Source: Mytilus californianus (taxonomy: Eukaryota). From it: 64,000 bases of DNA. Shown piece after piece: positions 1 through 11,800 of this stretch. The stretch's first letter is position 1. Every line of letters begins with the position of its first letter. A program made the position numbers and the translations under genes. The notes under the pieces are model-generated. The model ran no database searches and was not told where the DNA came from. It saw only the letters and a program-made list of their open reading frames with translations. The stretch covers positions 29,016,001 through 29,080,000 of the forward strand of contig NW_026262745.1 in NCBI RefSeq assembly GCF_021869535.1, given 5' to 3'.

Positions 1-326
1 AAAAATTGCTGAATTTTTCGTTTCCGTTCTCTAAATTCCAAATGTTATAAAACTTATACACAACCGTTCTAGAGTTATAATTATTTATTGCGGGTTTACA
101 AATAGAAATTGCTGAATTTTTAGTTTCTGTTCTCTACTTAAGTTAGCCTCAACCAAATGTTATGAGACTTGCACACAATGCTTATTACCACAAAACTAGG
201 ATCAAGTTCAAATTTGGGTAGCGTTACTTTTACCACTTCAGTTATGTCCCTTTATAACTATATGATATGCAAGTGGGGGCATCATCTGTGTCCACATGTG
301 GACACTATCCACATTTTTTTTTTTTT
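1..326 (+). mobile_element. 3' end of a Helentron-associated non-autonomous element (HINE/DINE-like), truncated by the window start
   Basis: Degenerate internal repeat (aaattgctgaatttt at ~3 and ~106), then a GGGGGCAT subterminal motif, a perfect 18-bp palindrome gtgtccacatgtggacac (288-305) and a T-run. This is the 3' architecture typical of HINEs. Confidence 0.55.
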
Positions 327-1410
327 TACATCTGTACTGCCTACTGGTGACTCAGTTCTGAGTGTAAATGTCATTCAGTATGTTAAGAAAAAGATCAGAA
401 TTTACAAGGCCTATCTGGCCTAATTGATTTCTAAAATATAATTCATTGTACATGTTCAACATTTATCATTCATTTGTTTATTTCTTAATTTGTGTGAATT
501 AACAGTAAATGTTAGTTACTACACTTTCATACCATAACAAAACTGCCTTACTGTATTGGTATCACTTATATTTGTATCCATATAACAAAAAAACTGAAAA
601 GAGAATACTTTTGTTGCAATAGCTTTTTCATATTGAATACTAAAACTTTTTAGATATTTAGACATATTAAGTAGATGTTCATAATATCCACTTGACATTT
701 TATCATATGACTTCTGTAGTTAGTTATGAGTCTTTGAAGCATGCTCACAAAGGTTCTTTTGTTGATATCATTTTCATACTGGTCAAAACTTTTTTTTTGC
801 TTTGACCAGCTTTGGAGGAGATATTTTCAAAGAATTAATAAAAAATAACACAGAAATTCACTTTCTAGCTCATCTAGCCCCAATCATCATGTCAGGCATT
901 GTCATTACTAAAAAACATTAAATGTCTTCTAAACTGAGAAACAATTTCCACATTTAACTGAAATCTTTTACATATGATACTGACAATCCCCCACAAAGTA
1001 ATATAAATAGAACCATACAAATAGTAAGCAAATACATGTTCTCAGATACCATCTCCCATATAAAAAAAAATCACATTAAGAAAAAAATGAACCTATTATG
1101 TGTTCCTCTCCTATCTACAAAATGTATCCAAAATGAAAGATGTGGAACATATATATATTCTATCATAATCATTTGGTAATTAATGCAATTAGTATCTGTT
1201 GAACATAAAAAACTAAATATTACATAAACAACACCCCTAATGCTCATGTTGGTTGTCATTGTGCAACACAGTTAATACATAGAAAACATAAAACATAGAA
1301 CTCCTTTTGTCATATAAAACACTGTCAAACATCCAATCATACTGTCCACACTGATCTGTGTCCACACTTGTAAACTATATAAGAAATGTAATTTTATGTC
1401 AAAATCTGTA

Positions 1411-1498
1411 TATGATATACAAAATGTACACTGTTAATTATGTAAAAATGTGTATGATATACAAAATGTACACTGTTAATTATGTAAAAATGTGTATG
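1411..1498. repeat. 42-bp tandem duplication (2 copies)
   Basis: tatgatatacaaaatgtacactgttaattatgtaaaaatgtg starts at 1411 and again at 1453. Confidence 0.9.
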
Positions 1499-2620
1499 GT
1501 AGTAAAAAGGAAAGAATATGGTTGATTTGTTAAAGATAATTGTTCTAAGTTGTAAAAAAGAATGTTTTTGAGAGTGATTATTATTTCATAATATTGTTAA
1601 CATGATTAAAAGATTTTTATTTTCAGATTCCTTTTGCACTACACACTTATAAATTTGTTTCTCCTAATATTGGAGAACAAGTTGATAATAAATCTAAAAA
1701 AGAACTACACAATGTAATAAGTGTTTAATCAGGAAACCTGAATTAATGGTACAGGGAAAATATAGATTCACACAGATAGTAATCTGTTCATTGGTATAAA
1801 CTTGACATTTTGCAGCAATTTGCATTACAGGCATATTTATTACGAATTGCATAGATTAGTTGTTATTTCTAATACATAGTTTGACTTCATTAATGATTTT
1901 TGTATAAAATATGTCTTTTCTGTTGCTATTATGACTTGTTTGTAATAAATTCATTTGACTAACATCAAAACAAAGTGGACGTGTCTTACACATATTAAAA
2001 AAAACCAAGAGGACTAGATTATTGTACCCTCTTAACTGGTAGGAGTGAATTGAATTTCATTTTATTTGTCTGTCCATCCATTCTTCTGTTTGCTTAGCAG
2101 ACTTCAAATTCTTAGCCAAAAATAATTTATTTCAAAGATACACTCAGACAATCTAAAATATGTAAATCACATAATGTAATTGACCTATAAATCTTACCAT
2201 TCTATTTATCCGTCAAATTTTCTTTACATGCCATAATAATCTATCATATCTATTAGGCATCTCCATGAACAACTCCTCTGAAACAATTACCTTCATTAAT
2301 TAAAATTTAAAAAAAAACCACACACATACTCATAAAAAACATTTTGGGTAACACAACTTTTTCAATATAATTTTTCACTTTTTGTTTTTTTTTCAATAAC
2401 CCATTTACATTTTTGTTCAAACATTAAATATGGTAGCTTTTAGGAAAGACACAACGATGAGAACGAAGGAATCATAATTGAAAGATTATGATGGATCAGT
2501 CATCTTTTAATATAGCTTTGAGGAAATGAAGTTTTTTTCAAAATTATATATATATAAAGTGTTATTTACATATGTTAATGTTTTGTACAGCGATTGCATG
2601 TAGACAAATATTTCTCCTTG

Positions 2621-5600
2621 TTTCAGTGTTACTAATATATCCTGCCGCATCAGCTTATTTTTCTATAAGAATGCAATCGGGATATATGAGTTTTTCAACA
2701 TAAACGTCGATCTTTACCATATGCATATACTCATAGGATCTAAATATACACTTATGATACGACCAAAAAGGTGAACTTCTATAGTTTTATTCACACCTGT
2801 ATCTGATTCGAAGCAGACGTTTCACATTATGTTATAGACTAGTCTATTGAAGATGAAAATAAGTTTATAATTTGGTGTATCTGAAGCATTGTTTTTTACT
2901 TTAATCAGAATCGGTAAATTCCAAAAGTGTAAAAGCTAAAGATATATGACAACTTGAATACGTGAAGAGCTTTATGACAGAAAGGAATCGTATCAAGAAT
3001 AGACATTTAAGGTCAACTTTGCCTGAGGGAGTTTGAACCTTAGTTTCGTATTAGGAGTTTGAACCTTAATTTCTTATTAATAATTTTTTGAAAGATACTG
3101 AAATGTAAGTAATTTAGGAGATTTGAATTTAGCTGAATTGGAATACTTACATGTTATGTTTTTTGGAGTTAAACGTCACTTTCAGTTACCTTTGCTATAC
3201 CATGTTGGACGGTTTTGACTGGTGAATGAAGCCGGGTTACTCATAGAGAACCATCCATCTTCATCAGTAAAACTGGCATTCCTTGTCAATTTATGTCGGA
3301 GTCTCGGAATCGAAGACAACACGCCATGAGCGGAGTTCGAAATCATAAACTCAGAGTTACTTTATTTGAACTACTGAGACCATTCATCCACCGAATCTCC
3401 ATTACATTTAAGGGATACTATAGTATGCGTTTTTTAAATGCTGCAGACTTAGATATTTAAATGTTCGGGCATGTGTTCTTGTAAGACAATGCCCTCTTCT
3501 AGTTACTGTCTAAATTTTCAATGTAAATTACACATTCTTTTTTTTTTAGAACTATCTTTAGAATAGGAATAAGAAAGGTCAACATTATTAGGTTATTAAG
3601 TTTTAACTTATTGTTAAGTTAAAAGCTTATTTCTAAAGCACATTTTTTCACTTTAAAAACTGTCAGCCTAAAGCAAACACAGTTTAAAACAACAAGCAAC
3701 TATACAGCTAGTCACTTTATGTACCATAACCATATTTACGGTAATATTTCGGGAACAAATAAGTGTTATTCACCGTTTACAAATCTAATGTTATCTGGGT
3801 TATAAAAAAAGCTACACCAAAAGATTGTAACTGAGGAACACACCGTACACAATGGATGTCTGGTCATTATACTTTTAGACGCAAAAAAATAATTCCAACC
3901 CAAACCCAAAACATAGAAACATATAAATTTACGTTGAACCCTTGTTCTATAAATATCACATCACATATCTATTTTTAATCATCGCACTAAAAATATAGCA
4001 CACCTGATTTATTTCCCTGTACACATCTGTAAACATAATTTTTATACGGTTTGTGTACAATAAGTTTTGATAGACCATGAGTTTCCGGAGATTGACGCCG
4101 CACAGAAGAAAAAATTTAAACAGGTAAACATATATAATGATGTATTCAACATATTAACATGATTAATGCGTTACCTGTAATGAGATAATTTTTGACTGGA
4201 GTATTTACAAAATGGGATAAAATTTCTGTGATGTAATTAATTTCAGTGTTACTAATATATCCTGCCGCATCAGCTTATTTTTCTATAAGAATGCAATCGG
4301 GATATATGAGTTTTTCAACATAAACGTCGATCTTTACCATATGCATATACTCATAGGATCTAAATATACACTTATGATACGACCAAAAAGGTGAACTTCT
4401 ATAGTTTTATTCACACCTGTATCTGATTCGAAGCAGACGTTTCACATTATGTTATAGACTAGTCTATTGAAGATGAAAATAAGTTTATAATTTGGTGTAT
4501 CTGAAGCATTGTTTTTTACTTTAATCAGAATCGGTAAATTCCAAAAGTGTAAAAGCTAAAGATATATGACAACTTGAATACGTGAAGAGCTTTATGACAG
4601 AAAGGAATCGTATCAAGAATAGACATTTAAGGTCAACTTTGCCTGAGGGAGTTTGAACCTTAGTTTCGTATTAGGAGTTTGAACCTTAATTTCTTATTAA
4701 TAATTTTTTGAAAGATACTGAAATGTAAGTAATTTAGGAGATTTGAATTTAGCTGAATTGGAATACTTACATGTTATGTTTTTTGGAGTTAAACGTCACT
4801 TTCAGTTACCTTTGCTATACCATGTTGGACGGTTTTGACTGGTGAATGAAGCCGGGTTACTCATAGAGAACCATCCATCTTCATCAGTAAAACTGGCATT
4901 CCTTGTCAATTTATGTCGGAGTCTCGGAATCGAAGACAACACGCCATGAGCGGAGTTCGAAATCATAAACTCAGAGTTACTTTATTTGAACTACTGAGAC
5001 CATTCATCCACCGAATCTCCATTACATTTAAGGGATACTATAGTATGCGTTTTTTAAATGCTGCAGACTTAGATATTTAAATGTTCGGGCATGTGTTCTT
5101 GTAAGACAATGCCCTCTTCTAGTTACTGTCTAAATTTTCAATGTAAATTACACATTCTTTTTTTTTTAGAACTATCTTTAGAATAGGAATAAGAAAGGTC
5201 AACATTATTAGGTTATTAAGTTTTAACTTATTGTTAAGTTAAAAGCTTATTTCTAAAGCACATTTTTTCACTTTAAAAACTGTCAGCCTAAAGCAAACAC
5301 AGTTTAAAACAACAAGCAACTATACAGCTAGTCACTTTATGTACCATAACCATATTTACGGTAATATTTCGGGAACAAATAAGTGTTATTCACCGTTTAC
5401 AAATCTAATGTTATCTGGGTTATAAAAAAAGCTACACCAAAAGATTGTAACTGAGGAACACACCGTACACAATGGATGTCTGGTCATTATACTTTTAGAC
5501 GCAAAAAAATAATTCCAACCCAAACCCAAAACATAGAAACATATAAATTTACGTTGAACCCTTGTTCTATAAATATCACATCACATATCTATTTTTAATC

Positions 5601-5860
5601 ATCGCACTAAAAATATAGCACACCTGATTTATTTCCCTGTACACATCTGTAAACATAATTTTTATACGGTTTGTGTACAATAAGTTTTGATAGACCATGA
5701 GTTTCCGGAGATTGACGCCGCACAGAAGAAAAAATTTAAACAGGTAAACATATATAATGATGTATTCAACATATTAACATGATTAATGCGTTACCTGTAA
5801 TGAGATAATTTTTGACTGGAGTATTTACAAAATGGGATAAAATTTCTGTGATGTAATTAA
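2621..5860. repeat. Perfect 1620-bp tandem duplication (2621-4240 / 4241-5860)
   Basis: Both copies start tttcagtgttactaat and end atgtaattaa. The printed lines match at an offset of 1620, and I saw no differences on line-by-line reading. Confidence 0.97.
3213..3405 (-). mobile_element. Degenerate tRNA-derived V-SINE-like copy (second copy at 4833-5025)
   Basis: Diverged similarity to the SINE at 35356-35594 (gaagccgggttactc...gagcggagttcgaa...accattcatccaccgaa). Confidence 0.55.
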
Positions 5861-8800
5861 CGAGTTGATGAAAAACCCCTCACCTTTCATATGTAATTGC
5901 AATTGAGAACAAAGTATATGCCATATTAACCAAAGCTAATTGATTTTAATCAAATGTATATCACTGTCTTAATATTATTTTATAAGGTCACAGGTTACAA
6001 GTTGCTGGTCAATATTTGGGTAATGATGAGTTATAGATACGGTAATTTTCGCAAACTTTAAGCCTTTGAAAGTCCAGTTTTTTTCTCTTCAAAATAGTGT
6101 TAGGAGTAATTTCTAATCTGTATTACATGGTTCACTTAAACACAAATATTAGTACAACTTGGTTAATAAATTGATCAGAGAAGCCATGTGTTAAAATATC
6201 CCGAGGCAAATAGCTCACATTCTTCAACCTTGGTTCATTAAAAATGCAGAATACAAAATAATACGAAACTAAAGTGTTGAGCGATGTTTATAAAAGAAAA
6301 TGTAGTGTTAAAGTATGAGACCACAATCAAACGACAAAAAAGAGATATAGAAGTCAACATACGATAGTCTGCACAGACAGCATGTCAATAACATATGTCC
6401 ATCTCTTAAAAACCGATGATAAGCTACATATATTTACTGCTATACATGTATATATTTATTGTTACAAATACCGTGTTTATCCGAAAATGGTGTTTGGTAT
6501 TTTTCTTTATCGTCTTCTGGTCCTTCTAAATTGTTATTTCCTGTTTTCATCAAACATATTCGTGCATGTGGTGTATGTATGCACGCCCGTTTGTCAGTCC
6601 TGCTCCAGACTCCATGCTAAGTCTTATCAGTGTCGTTATTACGTAAATATGCTATCCAAATATAACTTAACCTCAGAATACATCACACCTTTGTTTATAC
6701 AAAATTATAGTTATACAAACTATTTAATCTCATCAAAGATACCAGGTAAAAAAACTTGTGCCTGGCCTGAAGGATAGTGTTCCTAAAATGTATTTCTGAA
6801 CGACTATGATTGTACTTAAAGTTTTTTTAAATTTTAAATATGGAGAAAAAGCTAGTATCAAGTCGATATGATTTCACAATTTGACTTCCACATACAACAC
6901 ATGAACATATGAAACTTCATTCAAAGAATGGTATAACTTCACATGTTTATGAATTGTAATGAAAGGTTTACTGTACTAACCTGTGTTTTGTTTAAATGAA
7001 CTAGTTGTGTAATCAATAATATTTGTTTGTCGAGGCCCCTCCCCTCTGACAAATAACAAAAATTAGAAGCTACATATCAAATCACTCAATGTAAAGTGTG
7101 GAAAAGTTCACAGACCCTAACTGTCATCTGTTTAAATTTTCCTTCGAAAATCATTTGTAAATCTGACAAAGAAGGTTAAAACTGTTTTATGTCCAACAAA
7201 AGAATATGCTCGATGGAAGCAAAAATAGTTTCAGTATCTCCCTCATGCATAGCTCTGATTCCGTGTCCGTCTTTGGCTTTACTTTTGGTCAATTTTTGTT
7301 TTATCAGCTCTCCTAAGTTTGTAAACAATTTTTGGATTTTCTAATATTTCGGCCCCGAATATTACTGAAGAAAGATTAATGGTCTAAATGCGCATCTAGT
7401 ACAGTTAAATTGGTACCGATAAGGTTATTATTCAACAGAAAACAATAATTTCTATGTTCAACAATGCAATTGCTGGTGACATTTTGATTCGAAAACTATT
7501 GTTACAATCGACGGAAAATGTTGACAAAAAACTAAAATAATTAAAATCTATATAATTCACTTATAAACTTTCATATACATAGAAATCCTTTATTTTCCAA
7601 GAGTGAATTGGATCAACAGTTTACCTTAACAAATCACTTCTAAATCATTTCATAACAGTACTTACTGCTTAAATATGTAGTAAGTGAATTGGTTCAGTTT
7701 ACCAATCGATATGAGTTAGTGATTAAAAAGGTCAAGTATACACATCAACAAACTCCTGGAAAAGTGTTTGATGTAATATAATAACTCGGGATATTTTGAA
7801 TATAATACATGAATATTGAAATGCTTTGCTTGTAGAAAACTAGAAATTCCATCAACTGAAAATGACGTATGTGCAGAATTTAATTATGATGCCGTTAAAA
7901 ATGCAATCACCGATGTCGAAAATGGTTTAAACGAATTACGGAAGAAAGTAAAGGCAACAAAAAAGGCCAGGGAACATAACAGGAGAAACAACTTTGAAGA
8001 TGCTAAACAACTTTTATTAGACAACATTCACAGTAAATTTAACTCACTTAATTCAGTACGTCTCATTTCCATGATATTATTTCATGGTATTATTTTACAT
8101 ATATTGATTTAATAGATACATTATCAAAGGCATGCCAATTCAAAAATCAACCCACATATATCCAAATGTTGTCAATGTAGCAAGATGTTTAACTTTTAAA
8201 AGGAATAAAATATAGCATAATGTTAAGATGTGTATTGATAGATTAAAAAAGAGATAAAATGGATGTTTGTACTCGTATGAATATCGACTTATACGTACAA
8301 TAAAGGACCAACTTCTATATACACGGAAAAATAATAAACTCATAGTATACCTTTTTTTTAAGCGATACGATATAAAGGGGGACTTTTAATCATAAGTTGA
8401 AGGAAAGGCAACAGTCGAAAAAGAAAACAAAAAGAAAACTTAACACAGAACATTAAGGATTGAGCAACACTAATACAAATAATACCACCAGAATCAGGGG
8501 AAAAAGTCAGGTTCTTCGAAAGTGAAAGTACTGTCTACTCCACTTAAGCTTACCATCATGTTGTTCAGGAGAAATAAAAGATCAGTGGTTAGTTACTTTC
8601 CATGACAAGTAAAAAAACAAAATTAATGCAATGCCACTGTTGAAGGTAAAAAAAAACCAAGTCAAAGTAGAACTGTTGAATAATCATCCTTTAGAGAATA
8701 AAAAAATATAGAAACCCTTCCACAATTAGAGTGGTGCCAGATTTTCATTTTGCGGGATAACATAAAGAAATTATAATGTACGGAGTATTTATCTTTTTAT

Positions 8801-11800
8801 CATATACTTCAAGGAGTGTAACATATAGTGTTAGTGTATTATACACATTTTAATTAGCCATTTATTTCGTATACATGTGTAATCATTGTAGGCTTTTCAC
8901 GTAACATTTAGTGAAATAACGCAACTGGAAGAAACCTTTAGGAAATTAGAAGAAGATTACAGGGTTTTGAAAAAAGAACAGTCAAACCAGGAGAGGAAGA
9001 TTAAAGATTTAACTTTTTCGCTAGAAGAACGAGACAAAAAGCTTAAAGATGTCGAAATTAAACTCTCACAAGGAAAAATACCTAATTCTTCACAGGAAAG
9101 GTACTTTATGTAAAAAGATATTACTACTACTCAGTCCTCCCCCTTTATAATTTTTGAAAGGTATACAAAGAAAGGTACATTTATTAAAGTACTGACGTAT
9201 TATGCACTAGGATGTCTAAAACATAACATATTGTTGACAAGTTAATGATAGAGATTCCTTTCCCCTTTTAAACTGATCGCTGCAACTCTGTCAGTTTTAC
9301 AGATTTTTTTCCCCCGCGTAACGCGTTGCGGGGGACATAGAAATACCGGGCGTCCGTCCGTGTGTCCGTGTGTCCGTCCGTCCGTCCGGTCTTGTTAGCG
9401 CTCTCACAGGTACAATTCCTGCCAGATTTTTATAAAACTTATACTATAGGTCCATATCAGCAATATCTCGGACAAGTTCTATTATGGTGGACGATCGATT
9501 TTTTTTAAAAGAGTTATGACCCTTGGAAATATTAAATCTATGAAAAATTGCCTCATTAGCGCTCTCACAGGTACAATTCTTGCCAGATTTTTTATACGAC
9601 CGCAAAAAATTTTTGCGGTCGTATATTGGTATGACGTTGGCGTCGTCGTCGTCGTCCGAAGACACATTGGTTTTCGCACTCTAACTTTAGTTTAAGTGAA
9701 TGGATCTCTATGAAATTTTACCAAAAGGTTCAATACCACAAAAGGAAGGTTGGGATTGATTTTGGGGGTTATGGTACCAACAGTTAAGGAATTAGGGGGC
9801 AAAAAAAGGGCCAAAAATAAGCATTTTTGTAACTTCCAGACATAACTTATGTGTTAGTGTATGGATCTCTCTGACATTGTACCACAAGGTTCCATATCAC
9901 ACAGGGAATGCTGGGATTGATTTTGGGGGTAATTGCTTCAAAATATTAGGAATTAGGGGCCAAAAAGGGGCAAAAAAACAAGCATTTTTCTAGTTTCATG
10001 ACAATAACTTGTGTGTAAGTGTATGGATCTTTCTGAAATTGTACTACAAGGTTCTATATCACAAAGGGAAAGCTGGAATTGAGTTTGGGGGTAATTGCCC
10101 AAAACGTTTAGGAATAAGGGGCCAAAAATAAGAATTTTTCTAGTTTCCAGACAATAACTTGTGTTCAAGTGTATGGATCTCTCTGAAATTGTACTGCAAG
10201 GTCCATACCACAAGGGAAGGCTGGGATTGATTTTGGGAGTAATTGCTTCAAAATTTTAGGAATTAGGGGCCAAAAAAGGGGCAAAATTTTTTTTTCTAGT
10301 TTCAGGACAATAACTTGTGTGTAAGTGTATGGATCTTTATGAAATTGTACTACAAGGTTCCATATCACAAAGGGAAAGCTGGGTTTGAGTTTGGGGGTAA
10401 TTGCCCTAAACGTTTAGCAATTTGGGGCCAAAAAGGGGCAAAAAAACAAGCATTTTTCTAGTTTCCAGACATTAACTTGTGTTCAGGTGTATGGGATCTC
10501 TCTGAAATTGTACTGCAGGTACCATACCACAAAGGGAAGGCTGGGATTGAGTTTGGGGTGATGAATCATAAGGGGGATAAAAAAATTGGGGGTGGGATTT
10601 TTTTTTCTTTAAAATTTTCCATTTTAAATTGGTTATTTCTGATTTATATATAAAAGCAAATAATAATGATATGGTTTGAAAAGGTAAATTAAAAATTCTT
10701 AAGTTCTTAGACCACATTCATTCTGTGTCAGAAACCTGTGCTGTGTCAAATATTTAATCACAATCCAAATTCAGTGCTGTATCAAGCTTGAATGTTGTGT
10801 CCATACTTGCCCCAACTGTTCAGGGTTCGACCTCTGCGGTCGTATCAAGCTGCGCCAAGCGGAGCATTTTATATAAAACTTATACTTTTATAGGTTAATA
10901 TCAACAATATCTCGGACAAGTTCTATAATGGTGGACGATAGACTTTTTTTAAAAAGAGTTATGCCCCTGGGAAATATTAAATGTATGGAAAATGGCCTCG
11001 TTAGCGCTCTCACGGGTAAAATTCTTGCCAGATTTTTATAAAACTTATACTATAGATTACTATCAGCAATATCTCGGACAAGTTCTATAATGGTGGACGA
11101 TCGATTTTTTTAAAAAGAGTTATGCCCCTTGGAAATTTTAAATTTATGGAAAATGGCCTCGTTAGCGCTCTCACGAATAAACTTCTTGCCATATTTTTAT
11201 AAAACTTATACTATAAGTTAATATCAGCAATATCTCGGACAAGTTCTATTATGGTGGACGATCGACTTTTTTTTTAAAGAGTTATGACCCTTGGAAATAT
11301 TAAATTTATGGAAAATAGCCTCGTAAGCGCTCTCACGGGTACAATATTTTATAAAACTTATAGTATACTATAAGTAATGCCCTTAAAGGTCTGTTTGAAA
11401 TATTTAGTATACAACAAAAAAACTTTTTTGTCCCCCGTGCATGCATTTTATTTCATTTTATTTATAAATTGTTTGAAAGAACAACAAAAAAAAGTTTGTT
11501 TTTTTAGTTATTGCCCCTGGATATATGAAATATGTGCAATGCGGGGGATATTGGAACTCCTTTTATTTGTTTGCATTGTGTCCAGTTTTACTATTTCATG
11601 CATACTAGCGACGATAGAAAATTAAACTTGAGATAAATTGTCAATGTATGATGGAAAAGAATGTCGATAGAGGGGACTAATGGTTTGAACAGAATATACC
11701 ACTGAAAAACTAGGAACATGGGGTTTGCCTCACAACAGAAAAAGTATGAAATCCAAGGAGTCATTGCAAAATGTTCTTTTACAAACAAAACGCATGTGAC

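Noticed and set aside
1627-2491. Possible last exons of an upstream gene (1627-1713 and 2444-2491)
   Set aside because: The splice sites and phase are plausible, but the peptides are short, unrecognisable and have no identifiable upstream partner.
5987-6041. Possible 55-nt exon (aag|gtcac...acg|gtaatt) of the Mieap-like gene
   Set aside because: It has a stop in the phase required after exon 5697-5743, and I found no bridging exon. It could still be an alternative start exon.
6382-6777. 131-aa ORF
   Set aside because: Low-complexity AT-rich translation with no motif, lying inside a predicted intron.
9394-11380. CRISPR-like regularly spaced repeats
   Set aside because: The whole units repeat with no unique spacers, there are no cas genes, and the context is eukaryotic.
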